A DNA stretch of 64,000 bases from positions 8,707 to 72,706 of the forward strand of contig JBAXBR010000003.1 of the NCBI GenBank assembly GCA_037141855.1, read 5' to 3'. Made by a program: the position numbers and the translations under genes. Source of the DNA: Actinomycetota bacterium. Lineage in GTDB: Bacteria; Actinomycetota; Acidimicrobiia; Acidimicrobiales; Ilumatobacteraceae. This document shows positions 36,220 to 45,665 of this stretch, one piece after another. Positions within the stretch are counted from its first letter, which is position 1. Each line of letters starts with the position of its first letter. The notes under the pieces were generated by a model. It ran no database searches and was not told the origin of the DNA. It saw only the letters and a list, made by a program, of their open reading frames with translations.

Positions 36220-36525
36220 ATGAGCAAAGTAGCAGTAGCAGTGAAGTTGCGAATTAAGGCCGGTCAGCGTGATGCATTTACCGAGGCGGTGAAGCCAGGG
36301 TTAGTTACCGCGCAAGGCGAGTCTGGAACACAAACGTATATTTTTCATCACGATGCGCTAGACGCCGATGTGGTGTGGTTCTACGAGATGTACGCCGATC
36401 AAGATGCATTTCAGGCTCACATGGGGAGTGATGCATTCAAAGCGTTCTCTAAGTCGCTTGGAGAATTTATCGATGGCGCACCAGAATTCAATATGTTGAC
36501 GCCGATTGGCGGCAAGGGACTCTAA
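36220..36525 (+). CDS. Antibiotic biosynthesis monooxygenase (ABM) domain protein
   Basis: 101-aa ferredoxin-like protein with ...FYEMYADQDAFQAHMGSDAFKAF. Confidence 0.8.
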   Translation: MSKVAVAVKLRIKAGQRDAFTEAVKPGLVTAQGESGTQTYIFHHDALDADVVWFYEMYADQDAFQAHMGSDAFKAFSKSLGEFIDGAPEFNMLTPIGGKGL

Positions 36526-36528
36526 GCC

Positions 36529-37305
36529 TTGTACCTCGACAAGATCATCCAGAGCCATCGCGAAGATGCTTCGCGCGAGCAGAGAAATCTGGATGATCTA
36601 GTTGAATTAGCACGATCAGGTTCGGCGGCTCGAGGTTTTGGCGATCGGCTCGTTCAGGACTCCCGCGAACACCTTTGTGTGATTGCCGAAATTAAGCGTA
36701 AGTCACCATCCAAAGGTGTATTGAAAGTCGACCTCAATGCCGCAACTATTGCCGCGCAATACGAGCAAGGTGGTGCATCATGCCTGTCAGTGTTGACTGA
36801 TGAGCAGTTCTTCGGCGGTTCAGTTGACGACCTGCAGCGCGCTCGCGCGAACACAGCGCTTCCGGTAATTCGGAAAGATTTTACAGTTTCAGAATTCGAT
36901 GTAGTTGATGCCCGGCTTATGGGCGCAGATTGTGTGTTGTTGATCGCTGCGGCATTGGACGACAGCGAACTTTCACGATTTTTCGATCTAGCGACACACA
37001 TAGGTCTAGATGTTTTGATTGAAACGCATGACGAGCACGAGTTGGAATGTGCTCTCAATGTTGGAGCACATATCGTCGGCGTTAATCAGCGAGATCTCAT
37101 CACATTCGAGGTCGACCACGCACGAGCCGAACGGATGGCTTCGCTCATTCCACCGACGGTAGTTCGTGTTGCAGAGTCCGGGGTAAGAAATGCACAAGAC
37201 GCTCGTCGGTTGCGAGATGCCGGCTATGACGCGGTTCTGGTTGGGGAGTCAATTGTTACTGCATCTGATCCTGCAGCTGCCGTTCGTGATTTGATGGTGA
37301 TCTAG
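36529..37305 (+). CDS. trpC: Indole-3-glycerol-phosphate synthase
   Basis: IAEIKRKSPSKG, LSVLTDEQFFGGS, IRKDF and GVNQRDL. TTG start. Confidence 0.9.
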   Translation: MYLDKIIQSHREDASREQRNLDDLVELARSGSAARGFGDRLVQDSREHLCVIAEIKRKSPSKGVLKVDLNAATIAAQYEQGGASCLSVLTDEQFFGGSVDDLQRARANTALPVIRKDFTVSEFDVVDARLMGADCVLLIAAALDDSELSRFFDLATHIGLDVLIETHDEHELECALNVGAHIVGVNQRDLITFEVDHARAERMASLIPPTVVRVAESGVRNAQDARRLRDAGYDAVLVGESIVTASDPAAAVRDLMVI

Positions 37306-37307
37306 TT

Positions 37308-37916
37308 ATGTTCATCAAGATTTGCGGAATCACCAATGAGCAAGACGCACTGCTCGCAGTGGCACTGGGCGCAGACGCGTTGGGCTTTGTGTTTGCTCCT
37401 AGTCCACGACAAATTTCTCCCGCACTCGCGCGTGAAATAGTCAAACGTCTACCGCCTGAAACCGTGACAGTCGGAGTGTTTCGTAATGAAACACCGGCGC
37501 GAGTAGTGGAGATTGTCAATGAGGCTCGGCTTCAAGGCGCCCAATTGCATGGTCACGAGACACCTGCGATGACAGCAGAAGTTGCAACGAATGTGCGATT
37601 TGTTATTAAGGCTGTCGTCGCCGGTTCGCCAGACGCAGCGCATGCAAACACGTTTGCTTCCGACGCGATTCTCGTTGATGGACTACACCCGGGATCGGGA
37701 ATGGCCTACGACTGGGAACTGCTGCAAGATATTCCTACCGATATTCGTTTGATGCTTTCTGGCGGTCTCACTCCAGACAATGTCGCTTCCGGAATTTTAC
37801 AAGTGCACCCCTGGGGGGTAGATGTAAGTAGCGGTGTGGAAAAATCGCCTGGTCAAAAGGATGCCGTAAAAATGCGTCACTTCATGACAAATGCGCGAGA
37901 TGCTGTGCTCGGCTAG
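37308..37916 (+). CDS. trpF: Phosphoribosylanthranilate isomerase
   Basis: MFIKICGIT, GADALGFVF, LHG, SGGL and GVDVSSGVE. Confidence 0.9.
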   Translation: MFIKICGITNEQDALLAVALGADALGFVFAPSPRQISPALAREIVKRLPPETVTVGVFRNETPARVVEIVNEARLQGAQLHGHETPAMTAEVATNVRFVIKAVVAGSPDAAHANTFASDAILVDGLHPGSGMAYDWELLQDIPTDIRLMLSGGLTPDNVASGILQVHPWGVDVSSGVEKSPGQKDAVKMRHFMTNARDAVLG

Positions 37917-37950
37917 GTAGCTACGCCATTTACGCAAGTACATTAGAAGC

Positions 37951-39102
37951 ATGTTGACAAAGCCTGGCGCAGATGGTCGATTTGGTGAATTTGGTGGTCG
38001 GTTCGTTCCTGAAACGCTCGTTCCAGCATGTCAAGAGCTTGAGGCTGCCTTCGACGAAGCGTGGAATGACTCTGCGTTTAGAACAGAATTAAACGATCTT
38101 CTACGGGACTACGCAGGTCGTCCGTCAATATTGACGGAATGCCACAACCTCGGACGCAAACTTGGCATTCGCCTGATTTTGAAGCGTGAAGATTTAAACC
38201 ATACGGGCTCGCACAAGATCAACAGTGTGTTGGGTCAGGCGCTGTTGGCAAAACGGATGGGTAAGAAGCGAATCGTTGCAGAGACTGGAGCCGGTCAACA
38301 CGGTGTCGCTTCAGCAACAGCAGCGGCCCTGTTAGGACTGGATTGCAAGGTGTACATGGGCGAGGTTGACGTTGAGCGTCAGGCACTCAACGTGTTCAGA
38401 ATGCGTCTGCTGGGAGCCGAAGTAGTACCCGCAAAATCGGGCAGTCGAACATTGAAAGATGCTGTGAACGAAGCAATGCGCGACTGGGTTGCAACTGTTG
38501 AGCACACCTATTACGCAATTGGTTCTGTAATGGGGCCACATCCGTATCCGTTCATGGTTCGACAATTTCAGAGCGTGATCGGTGCTGAGGCGTATGCACA
38601 GTGTCGCGAACTGTTTGGCACTGATCCCGATGTCGTTGCTGCATGCGTTGGTGGCGGATCCAATGCGATTGGTATTTTTTCGGGTTTCGTAGACACTCAC
38701 GCGCGATTGATAGGTGTTGAACCTGCCGGTGGCGCAGCAGTTGGTCGAGGTGTTCCGGGCGTTGTGCATGGTATGCGTAGCTATTTGATGCAAGACGAAT
38801 ACGGCCAAGTGCAGGAAGCACAGTCGATCAGCGCCGGTCTCGACTATCCAGGTGTAGGGCCGGAACATTCCTATTTGGCATCCATCGGTCGCGCAGAATA
38901 TCCGAGCGTTACCGATGCGGAAGTGATTGAGGGATTCCAGCTGCTAGCAAAGTCCGAAGGAATCATTCCTGCGCTTGAATGCGCGCACGTAGTGGCATGG
39001 ATCTCTCGCGAGGCCCCAAAGATGCAAGGCAAGACCGTGCTCATGAACCTGTCAGGAAGAGGCGATAAAGACGTCGCTCAGATGATGGATGTTTTGGGTT
39101 AA
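37951..39102 (+). CDS. trpB: Tryptophan synthase beta chain
   Basis: [33 protein letters not shown] and GGGSNAIG. Confidence 0.95.
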   Translation: MLTKPGADGRFGEFGGRFVPETLVPACQELEAAFDEAWNDSAFRTELNDLLRDYAGRPSILTECHNLGRKLGIRLILKREDLNHTGSHKINSVLGQALLAKRMGKKRIVAETGAGQHGVASATAAALLGLDCKVYMGEVDVERQALNVFRMRLLGAEVVPAKSGSRTLKDAVNEAMRDWVATVEHTYYAIGSVMGPHPYPFMVRQFQSVIGAEAYAQCRELFGTDPDVVAACVGGGSNAIGIFSGFVDTHARLIGVEPAGGAAVGRGVPGVVHGMRSYLMQDEYGQVQEAQSISAGLDYPGVGPEHSYLASIGRAEYPSVTDAEVIEGFQLLAKSEGIIPALECAHVVAWISREAPKMQGKTVLMNLSGRGDKDVAQMMDVLG

Positions 39103-39105
39103 TCG

Positions 39106-39903
39106 ATGGTCATCGCACATAGCGGAAAACTTGAACTCCATTTACGGGAGCGTCGCGAGGTGGGTCGCAAATTGTTGGTTCCGTACATCACGGGTGGTTA
39201 CTTAGGTTGGACCGATGCAGTTCGGGCTGCTGCAGCAAACGGCGCTGATGCGATCGAAATCGGTATTCCATTTTCTGACCCGGTCATGGATGGTCCGATG
39301 ATCCAGCTCGCATCTGAGCAGGCTCTTGAACGCGGGGCGACACCGCTTTCCATCTTGCAGGAATTGCGAACAATTGATATCGACATTCCAATTGCGGTGA
39401 TGTGTTACTACAACACGGTGCATTCTGCAGGCAACGAACGCTTTGCTCATTCGTTGGCTGACGCTGGTGTGTGTGCAGCAATTGTTCCCGATCTTCCGCT
39501 TGAAGAAGCGACAGATTGGTGCATTGCAGCTGACAAAGCCGGAATCGAAACTGTCATGCTTGCTGCGCCAACTGCACCAGAAGAACGCCTACCGCGAATT
39601 TTGCAACGATGCAATGGTTTCGTTTACGCAGTAGGCCTGCTTGGAGTTACTGGTGAACGAGACGAACTTGCAAGCACAGCAACAAAATTGGCTGCACGAT
39701 TAAAGGCGCTCACTGATGTTCCAGTGTTGATTGGCGTCGGAGTATCGAACGCGCAGCAAGCGGTCGAAGCGACAGCTGTGGCTGATGGGGTGGTAATGGG
39801 TGCTTCTGTCATGCGTCGACTGGTTGAGCATGATGCCGATGCAGTTGGGGAGTACGTCGGAGAAGTGCGCAAGGCGCTCGATCTATCTAGCGGATTGAAG
39901 TAG
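39106..39903 (+). CDS. trpA: Tryptophan synthase alpha chain
   Basis: LVPYITGG, EIGIPFSDPVMDGPMIQ, YAVGLLGVTG and GVGVS. Confidence 0.93.
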   Translation: MVIAHSGKLELHLRERREVGRKLLVPYITGGYLGWTDAVRAAAANGADAIEIGIPFSDPVMDGPMIQLASEQALERGATPLSILQELRTIDIDIPIAVMCYYNTVHSAGNERFAHSLADAGVCAAIVPDLPLEEATDWCIAADKAGIETVMLAAPTAPEERLPRILQRCNGFVYAVGLLGVTGERDELASTATKLAARLKALTDVPVLIGVGVSNAQQAVEATAVADGVVMGASVMRRLVEHDADAVGEYVGEVRKALDLSSGLK

Positions 39904-39912
39904 TTTCATCTC

Positions 39913-40365
39913 ATGTTGAAAGAAGGGTCGATCGCTCCGGCTATTGAATTGCTCGATCAGAACGGCAAGAAACTGACACTGAAGAAATATGCAAAACGTA
40001 AGGTGCTGGTGTATTTCTACCCAAAGGCAGACACGCCTGGTTGCACGGAACAGTCTTGTGGTCTGCGAGATATTGCTGATCAAATCGGTCGTACGGTAGT
40101 TATCGGCATCAGCCCGGATCTTCCCGCAAAGCAATTGAAATTTGATGAAAAATACGAACTTGGTTTTCCTCTGCTTTCAGATGCTGAAAATAAGGTTGCC
40201 AAGGCATACAAAGTGTGGAAGAAGAAGTCCATGTACGGACGCGAATACATGGGTATTGAGCGGTCGGCTTTCCTCATTGGTGCTGATGGCACGATTCTGA
40301 AAGCGTGGTACAAGATTTCTCCGAAAGATACTCCGGTGAAATTGCTGGAAGCATTGGGCAAGTAA
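39913..40365 (+). CDS. bcp: Thiol peroxidase Bcp (peroxiredoxin)
   Basis: YFYPKADTPGCTEQ active-site motif in a 150-aa protein. Confidence 0.9.
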   Translation: MLKEGSIAPAIELLDQNGKKLTLKKYAKRKVLVYFYPKADTPGCTEQSCGLRDIADQIGRTVVIGISPDLPAKQLKFDEKYELGFPLLSDAENKVAKAYKVWKKKSMYGREYMGIERSAFLIGADGTILKAWYKISPKDTPVKLLEALGK

Positions 40366-40790
40366 TGGCATTTCCGAAGCCAACCGAACTTATTGCCCAT
40401 CGTGAGCCATTTATTTTCGTGGACGAAATTACTGAACTAACTCCGGGAATATCCGCATCAACCATTTGGAAATTGACGGGTAATGAATGGTTTTTCGCTG
40501 GGCACTTTCCAAGTCGACCAACTTTGCCTGGTGTCCTGATGTGTGAAGCGATCGCTCAAACAGGCGCGCTTGCCATTGTGAGTGATCCGAAGTTTTTCGG
40601 AAAACTGCCGCTCTTTGGAGGTCTCGACGGCGCACGTTTTCGACGTCAGGTGCTGCCAGGAGACACGCTCGAAATTTCAGCCAGCATCGGACGGATGTCG
40701 GCACGAGCAGGCAAGGGATCAGGAGTCGCAAAAGTGAACGGAGAGATCGCCTGTGAATGCGAGCTGCTGTTCGTCGTTGTTGACGCGTGA
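40365..40790 (+). CDS. fabZ: 3-Hydroxyacyl-ACP dehydratase FabZ
   Basis: HREPFIFVDEI and FFAGHFPSRPTLPGVLMCEAIAQTG. Start trimmed to ATG 40365 (TAATG overlap with bcp). Confidence 0.88.
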   Translation: MAFPKPTELIAHREPFIFVDEITELTPGISASTIWKLTGNEWFFAGHFPSRPTLPGVLMCEAIAQTGALAIVSDPKFFGKLPLFGGLDGARFRRQVLPGDTLEISASIGRMSARAGKGSGVAKVNGEIACECELLFVVVDA

Positions 40791-40791
40791 T

Positions 40792-41976
40792 TTATTTGTA
40801 AGGCGAAATAATCACGGAACCGTTGTGGCCGCCGAAACCAAAGTTGTTTGAAATGGTTGGTCCTGGCTCCCATGGACGGGCAGACCCAGTAACAACGTCA
40901 ATGTTCATGTCTTCACTTATTGAATGCGTACCAGCGGTAGGTGGAATCAACTTCTTTTCCATGCTGAGCAAAACTGCAGCGGCTTCCAATGCCCCTGCAG
41001 CACCGAGAGGGTGCCCAGTTACGCCTTTGATCGATACAACTGGAACGGTGCTCTTACCAAAGACTCTCTCAATAGCTTGAGCCTCAGCTGCGTCATTGAG
41101 CGGCGTGCTGGTGCCGTGAGCGTTGATTTGTTTGATGTCGCCTGCCTGCAAACCGGCGTCATCGAGCGCCAATTGCATACAACGAGAAGCTCCAACGCCT
41201 CCAGGCGACGGAGCAGTGATGTGGTGAGCATCTGCGTTGCTCGCAGCACCAACTATTTCAGCGATGATGGTCGCACCACGCTCGAGCGCAAGGTCTAAGC
41301 GTTCGAGAACAAATACTGCCGCGCCTTCGCCCATGATGAAACCATCACGAGTCGCATCGAATGGTTTGCTCACCAATGTGCTGGAGAGAGCGGTCATGTT
41401 GCTGAATCCCGCTAGCGCAGTAATAGTCGCAGCGCTTTCCGCTCCTCCCGTTACTACCGCTTCACAGCGACCCCAGGCAATAAGCCTTGCTGCGTTACCA
41501 ATGGCGTGTGTTCCAGCAGCGCATGCCGTGCAAATTGTTTCAGCCGGACCTTGGAATCCATAGCGCATGGATATCGCGGCTCCAGATGCGTTTGACATCA
41601 TCATGGGGACAAGGAATGGTGAAACTCGACGTTCGCCTTTTTCAACGCGAGTGACCACGTTTTCTTCCAGAGTACGCAAGCCACCGATGCCGGTTCCGAA
41701 AATGGTCCCTATGCGCGTGTGGTCGTACGGCAATTCGCCAGACTGAGCCAATGCTTCACCAGCGGCGGCTAGAGCAAACTGTTCGCAGCGGTCCGAGCGA
41801 CGTGCATCTTTCGGGTTGTCAAAGTATGGAAGCGGATCCCAATTTTCGATTTCGATCGATTTCGCTCCGGCGAAGCCAGGTCCTAATAGGCCTGCCCAAA
41901 AAGCTTCTTTGCCGATGCCGCATGGAGCAACCACTCCGTAACCGATGATGGCAACGCGATGTCCTGCTCCTTGCAT
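40792..41976 (-). CDS. fabF: Beta-ketoacyl-ACP synthase II
   Basis: Active-site Cys (TACAAG), HGTSTP and GHPLGAAG. Confidence 0.93.
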   Translation of the reverse strand: MQGAGHRVAIIGYGVVAPCGIGKEAFWAGLLGPGFAGAKSIEIENWDPLPYFDNPKDARRSDRCEQFALAAAGEALAQSGELPYDHTRIGTIFGTGIGGLRTLEENVVTRVEKGERRVSPFLVPMMMSNASGAAISMRYGFQGPAETICTACAAGTHAIGNAARLIAWGRCEAVVTGGAESAATITALAGFSNMTALSSTLVSKPFDATRDGFIMGEGAAVFVLERLDLALERGATIIAEIVGAASNADAHHITAPSPGGVGASRCMQLALDDAGLQAGDIKQINAHGTSTPLNDAAEAQAIERVFGKSTVPVVSIKGVTGHPLGAAGALEAAAVLLSMEKKLIPPTAGTHSISEDMNIDVVTGSARPWEPGPTISNNFGFGGHNGSVIISPYK

Positions 41977-41997
41977 GCGAAGCGCGACCTGGGGGAC

Positions 41998-42237
41998 TTA
42001 CTTGACTTTTGAAGTGACGAGCGCGAAGGCTTTGCCGACCGTGTCAACACCCTCGAGGTCGGATTCAGGAACTTCAATACCGAATTCTTCTTCAAGTGCC
42101 ATGACCAATTCAACCAAATCGAGGCTGTCTGCATCGAGGTCATCTCCGAAACTTGCCTCAAGTGTGATCTTTGAAGCATCTACTGACAACACATCAACTG
42201 CGCACTTCGTAAAACGTACAAACAGGTCTTCGCTCAT
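41998..42237 (-). CDS. acpP: Acyl carrier protein
   Basis: 79 aa with the LDADSLDLVELVMALEEEFG phosphopantetheine site. Confidence 0.93.
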   Translation of the reverse strand: MSEDLFVRFTKCAVDVLSVDASKITLEASFGDDLDADSLDLVELVMALEEEFGIEVPESDLEGVDTVGKAFALVTSKVK

Positions 42238-42296
42238 GATTATCTCCTTGGGATTCGTTGCGCAAACAGAGTACTACGCGGTGAACGTGAAACGGT

Positions 42297-43019
42297 TTAA
42301 TGACCCATGCCGAGCCCGCCATCAACGGGAATTACGGCGCCCGTGATGTATGCGGCAGCAGGGCTTGCGAGAAATGTCACAACTGCAGCTATTTCGTCCA
42401 CAGTTCCAGTGCGACCGAGCGGTACGGCCGACGCGAGTTCTTCGAGACGTTTTTCGCCCAGCGCTGCAGTCATGTCAGTGTCGATCGGGCCAGGAGCAAC
42501 CACGTTGACTGTGATTGATCGAGAACCCAATTCACGTGCAAGAGATCGGGCAAGACCGACTAGACCTGCTTTGCTCGCCGAATAATTTGCCTGACCTGCA
42601 GATCCGAGCAACGCGACAACACTTGACATCAAAATAATTCGACCAGAACGAGCGCGAAGCATTCCTTGGGTTGCACGCTTACACACTCGATACGCAGCTG
42701 TGAGGTTGGCATCAATTACCGATGCGAAGTCATCTTCACCCATACGCAAGAGGAGTCCGTCGCGCGTGATGCCAGCATTCGATACGAGCACTTGCACCGG
42801 ACCGAACTTTTCTTCGATTGCTTTAAATGCGTTATCGACGTCTTCTGCTTTCGTCACATCACACTTCACAGCAAAAAATTCCCCTGGTGGCGGTGAAGAG
42901 TTATAAGTGACAGCAACATGATCACCAAGTGCCGCGAAATGTTGTGCGCAGGCAAGTCCGATTCCACGAGATCCGCCGGTGATGAGAACAACTCGTGGCG
43001 ATGCCGATTCAACTGTCAT
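42297..43019 (-). CDS. fabG: 3-Oxoacyl-ACP reductase
   Basis: ITGGSRGIG, NAG and YSASKAG, within the fab operon. Confidence 0.9.
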   Translation of the reverse strand: MTVESASPRVVLITGGSRGIGLACAQHFAALGDHVAVTYNSSPPPGEFFAVKCDVTKAEDVDNAFKAIEEKFGPVQVLVSNAGITRDGLLLRMGEDDFASVIDANLTAAYRVCKRATQGMLRARSGRIILMSSVVALLGSAGQANYSASKAGLVGLARSLARELGSRSITVNVVAPGPIDTDMTAALGEKRLEELASAVPLGRTGTVDEIAAVVTFLASPAAAYITGAVIPVDGGLGMGH

Positions 43020-43993
43020 GCTCGAAGTCCCTTTCCATTCCAGCGGATGACTGCACTTGCAGCTGTCATGCCGGCACCAAAACCAACTACTAATACCAAG
43101 TCACCCTCGCGCAAAGTTCGACCGCTCATCGGTCCGCCATTCGCAGCATCGAACAGAGCTAATGGAATTGATGCAGACGAAGTGTTCCCGGTTTCATGCA
43201 ACACCGTGCTTGTGCGCTCCATAGGGATTCCGAGCCTGTCGCATGCAGCGCTAATGATTCGTGTGTTCGCCTGGTGGGGGACAATGAGCGCGATGTCGTC
43301 AGCTGTCACACCTGCAACTTGCATTGATTTTTGAGCGGAATCAACCATGATGCGCACTGCGCGTCGAAACACTTCTTTGCCGTCCATATGAATGTTGCCG
43401 CCAATTTCGGCATACAACAGGTCCTCGGCAGATCCATCAGCATCTAAATCCCAGCCGAGCAACTCGCTTGGACCATGAGTTGCTTCGATAACGGCTGCAC
43501 CTGACCCATCAGCAAACAGGATTGCCGTATTGCGATCAGTCCAGTCTGTAATGCGCGACAAAGTATCAGTACCAATGAGGAGCACTTTTTTCGATCCCAT
43601 CGCGATCAGTCCATGAGCGACAACTAATCCGTAAACAAAACCTGAACATGCGGCATTGATGTCGAATGCTCCGCATTTCAAGCCAAGCAAGTTTTGTACT
43701 GTGGCCGAAGTGGCTGGCACTTGACGATCAGGAGTCGTTGTCGACAGTACTAATGCATCTATTTGATCGGGTAAAACCCCAGCCATCTCCATGGCAATCC
43801 GCCCGCTTTCTACAGAAAGGTCAGCGGTTGACCCTCCAATGTGGCGCCGATGAATTCCCGTACGTTCGCGGATCCATTCGTCAGTGGTATCCATGGTCTT
43901 TGACAGGTCTTCATTCGTCACAATTTTCGACGGAAGGGCAGTGCCCCACCCAGTGATAACGCCACCAATGGCGTGTTGAGGAATGATTGGCAT
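43016..43993 (-). CDS. fabH: Beta-ketoacyl-ACP synthase III
   Basis: NAACSGF, HQAN and GNTSSAS. ATGA overlap with fabG. Confidence 0.93.
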   Translation of the reverse strand: MPIIPQHAIGGVITGWGTALPSKIVTNEDLSKTMDTTDEWIRERTGIHRRHIGGSTADLSVESGRIAMEMAGVLPDQIDALVLSTTTPDRQVPATSATVQNLLGLKCGAFDINAACSGFVYGLVVAHGLIAMGSKKVLLIGTDTLSRITDWTDRNTAILFADGSGAAVIEATHGPSELLGWDLDADGSAEDLLYAEIGGNIHMDGKEVFRRAVRIMVDSAQKSMQVAGVTADDIALIVPHQANTRIISAACDRLGIPMERTSTVLHETGNTSSASIPLALFDAANGGPMSGRTLREGDLVLVVGFGAGMTAASAVIRWNGKGLRA

Positions 43994-44004
43994 GCCGTTA
44001 AACC

Positions 44005-45192
44005 TTAGTGAGTTCGTAGCCAGGCAATTGGCTGGTGAGCAGTAACGCGTTCGCCGTCAACAGCAATGAAGTTTTGTAACACTCCTGAAAACGGTGAACG
44101 AACCTCAGCGTCTCCGACATGACCAATGATCTGACCAACTTCAATTCTGGAGTTATTCGAAATTGTTGAGATGTTTTGGAATAGACCGGCAGCAGGTGAA
44201 ACAACCATGCGCTCAACTGCAAAGAGATGTTCGCCTTCGTGAACGGAGCCTGGAGGCAGAGTTGCCGTTGGTTGAAGCGCACCGATCCACTCGATCAATT
44301 TGTCGAGATCGTCGGGTGTTGCAACGCTGATTGATTTGGATCCCTCCAGCGTTCGCTTTGCCATTCCGGTGAGCACTCCACCTGGTCCGAGTTCGATAAA
44401 TCCGACTATCCCGGCTTCGGCCATGGTGAGTAGACAGTGTTTCCAGCGCACGGGAGAGGAGAGTTGGGCAGAGAGCAACGTTGACCATTCTTCGCCGCTG
44501 TCATGGGCCCGTGCATCGACATTGCTCACGACGGGCACTTCAATGTTGCGAGGTTTGGCGAGAGCAATTGCCTCACGCAGGCGTTCACGTGCGCTCGACA
44601 TGTACGGCGTATGAAAGGCGCCTGATACCGGAAGAGCCATAATTCGTTTCGCTCCGAGAGCTTTAGCTTGTTCGCTTGCTTTCGCAACACCTTCGACTGA
44701 ACCTGCGATCACAATTTGACCAGGCGCATTGAAGTTTGCGACCCATACATCACTGTCTGCAAGCCGGCAAGCCGTTTCTACTTCGTCATCATCAAGACCA
44801 AGTACTGCAGCCATAGTTCCGGGAGATTCCGAACCGGCATCGTGCATTGCATCTGCTCTCGCAACAACAAGGCGAATACCTTCGTCGAATCCGAGCGCTC
44901 CAGTTGCAGCAAGAGCGGTGTACTCACCAAGGCTGTGACCGGCACACAAACTTGGTTCAATGCCGAGCCGCTCCACAGCATCGAGCACCATGAGTGATGA
45001 AACGAATGTCGTGAGTTGAGCGTTGCGCGTGTCCTTCAGTTCCTCGGCGTCTGCTTCGAGGAGGAGCCTGCCAACATCGCGGCCCGAAATGTCGGACGCT
45101 TCAGCAACCAGTTCCCAGCTGTCATGGCCAACCCAGGGCTGGCCCATGCCGGGGCGCTGTGATCCTTGACCTGGAAAGGTGAACGCAAGCAT
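44005..45192 (-). CDS. fabD: Malonyl-CoA:ACP transacylase fused to a C-terminal lysine-free biotinyl/lipoyl-like domain
   Basis: FPGQGSQ, GHSLGEY and SGAFHTP, followed by an extra domain of roughly 85-100 aa (VVSPAAGLF...EVGQIIGHVGDAEVRSPFSGVLQNFIAVDGERV). Start taken at ATG 45192 (MLAFTFPGQGSQ). GTG 45246 is the longest ORF, but it would abut the tRNA. Confidence 0.88.
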   Translation of the reverse strand: MLAFTFPGQGSQRPGMGQPWVGHDSWELVAEASDISGRDVGRLLLEADAEELKDTRNAQLTTFVSSLMVLDAVERLGIEPSLCAGHSLGEYTALAATGALGFDEGIRLVVARADAMHDAGSESPGTMAAVLGLDDDEVETACRLADSDVWVANFNAPGQIVIAGSVEGVAKASEQAKALGAKRIMALPVSGAFHTPYMSSARERLREAIALAKPRNIEVPVVSNVDARAHDSGEEWSTLLSAQLSSPVRWKHCLLTMAEAGIVGFIELGPGGVLTGMAKRTLEGSKSISVATPDDLDKLIEWIGALQPTATLPPGSVHEGEHLFAVERMVVSPAAGLFQNISTISNNSRIEVGQIIGHVGDAEVRSPFSGVLQNFIAVDGERVTAHQPIAWLRTH

Positions 45193-45250
45193 GTCGGGGT
45201 CAAGCGTAGAACTTCCAAGGGCTCGGTACGCTGTTTCCCACTTCACTCAA

Positions 45251-45336
45251 GCCCGAGTGGCGGAACGGCAGACGCGACGGACTCAAAATCCGTTATTCGA
45301 AAGGGTGTGTGGGTTCAACTCCCACCTCGGGCACCA
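45251..45336 (+). tRNA. tRNA-Leu (anticodon CAA), type II with a long variable arm and an encoded CCA
   Basis: Acceptor GCCCGAG/CTCGGGC. Anticodon stem ACGGA/TCCGT with loop CTCAAAA. T arm GTGGG-TTCAACT-CCCAC. Discriminator A plus CCA at 45333-45336. Confidence 0.93.
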
Positions 45337-45338
45337 AC

Positions 45339-45665
45339 ATGGACACTCCTACACTCGCTGATGTGAACATTCGCGGTGTTGCCCAGAGGATCATTGAAAA
45401 GCGGCTTCGCCGAAATTCAGAGAATTTGAAGCAACTACAGATCGAACTCACCGTGCTAGACGAGCAGCTTGCTGCATTGAGTGATGATGCAAATGATAAA
45501 GAAATGCGAAGTTTGGTTTCTGAAACGCCACTGGCCTTGCATGAATTTCGAGAAGCGCAAAAACATGTGGACGCGTTGCAGGATCAACGCAATTTTCTCG
45601 TTCTCGCAATCGCTGAGCAGAAGCAAAACCAAGACGACTTGTTAGACAAATTGGGGAGCAACTGA
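45339..45665 (+). CDS. Hypothetical coiled-coil protein upstream of pdtaR
   Basis: 108 aa rich in heptad-like Leu/Gln/Glu segments (NLKQLQIELTVLDEQLAALSDD..., HVDALQDQRNFLVLAIAEQKQNQDDLL). ATG lies 2 nt after the tRNA CCA. TGATG overlap with the next gene. Confidence 0.5.
   Translation: MDTPTLADVNIRGVAQRIIEKRLRRNSENLKQLQIELTVLDEQLAALSDDANDKEMRSLVSETPLALHEFREAQKHVDALQDQRNFLVLAIAEQKQNQDDLLDKLGSN

Noticed and set aside
45309-45338. ORF-track start of the coiled-coil protein lying inside the tRNA-Leu gene.
   Set aside because: It overlaps the T arm and acceptor stem of a clearly folded tRNA. The first ATG after the tRNA (45339) is used instead.
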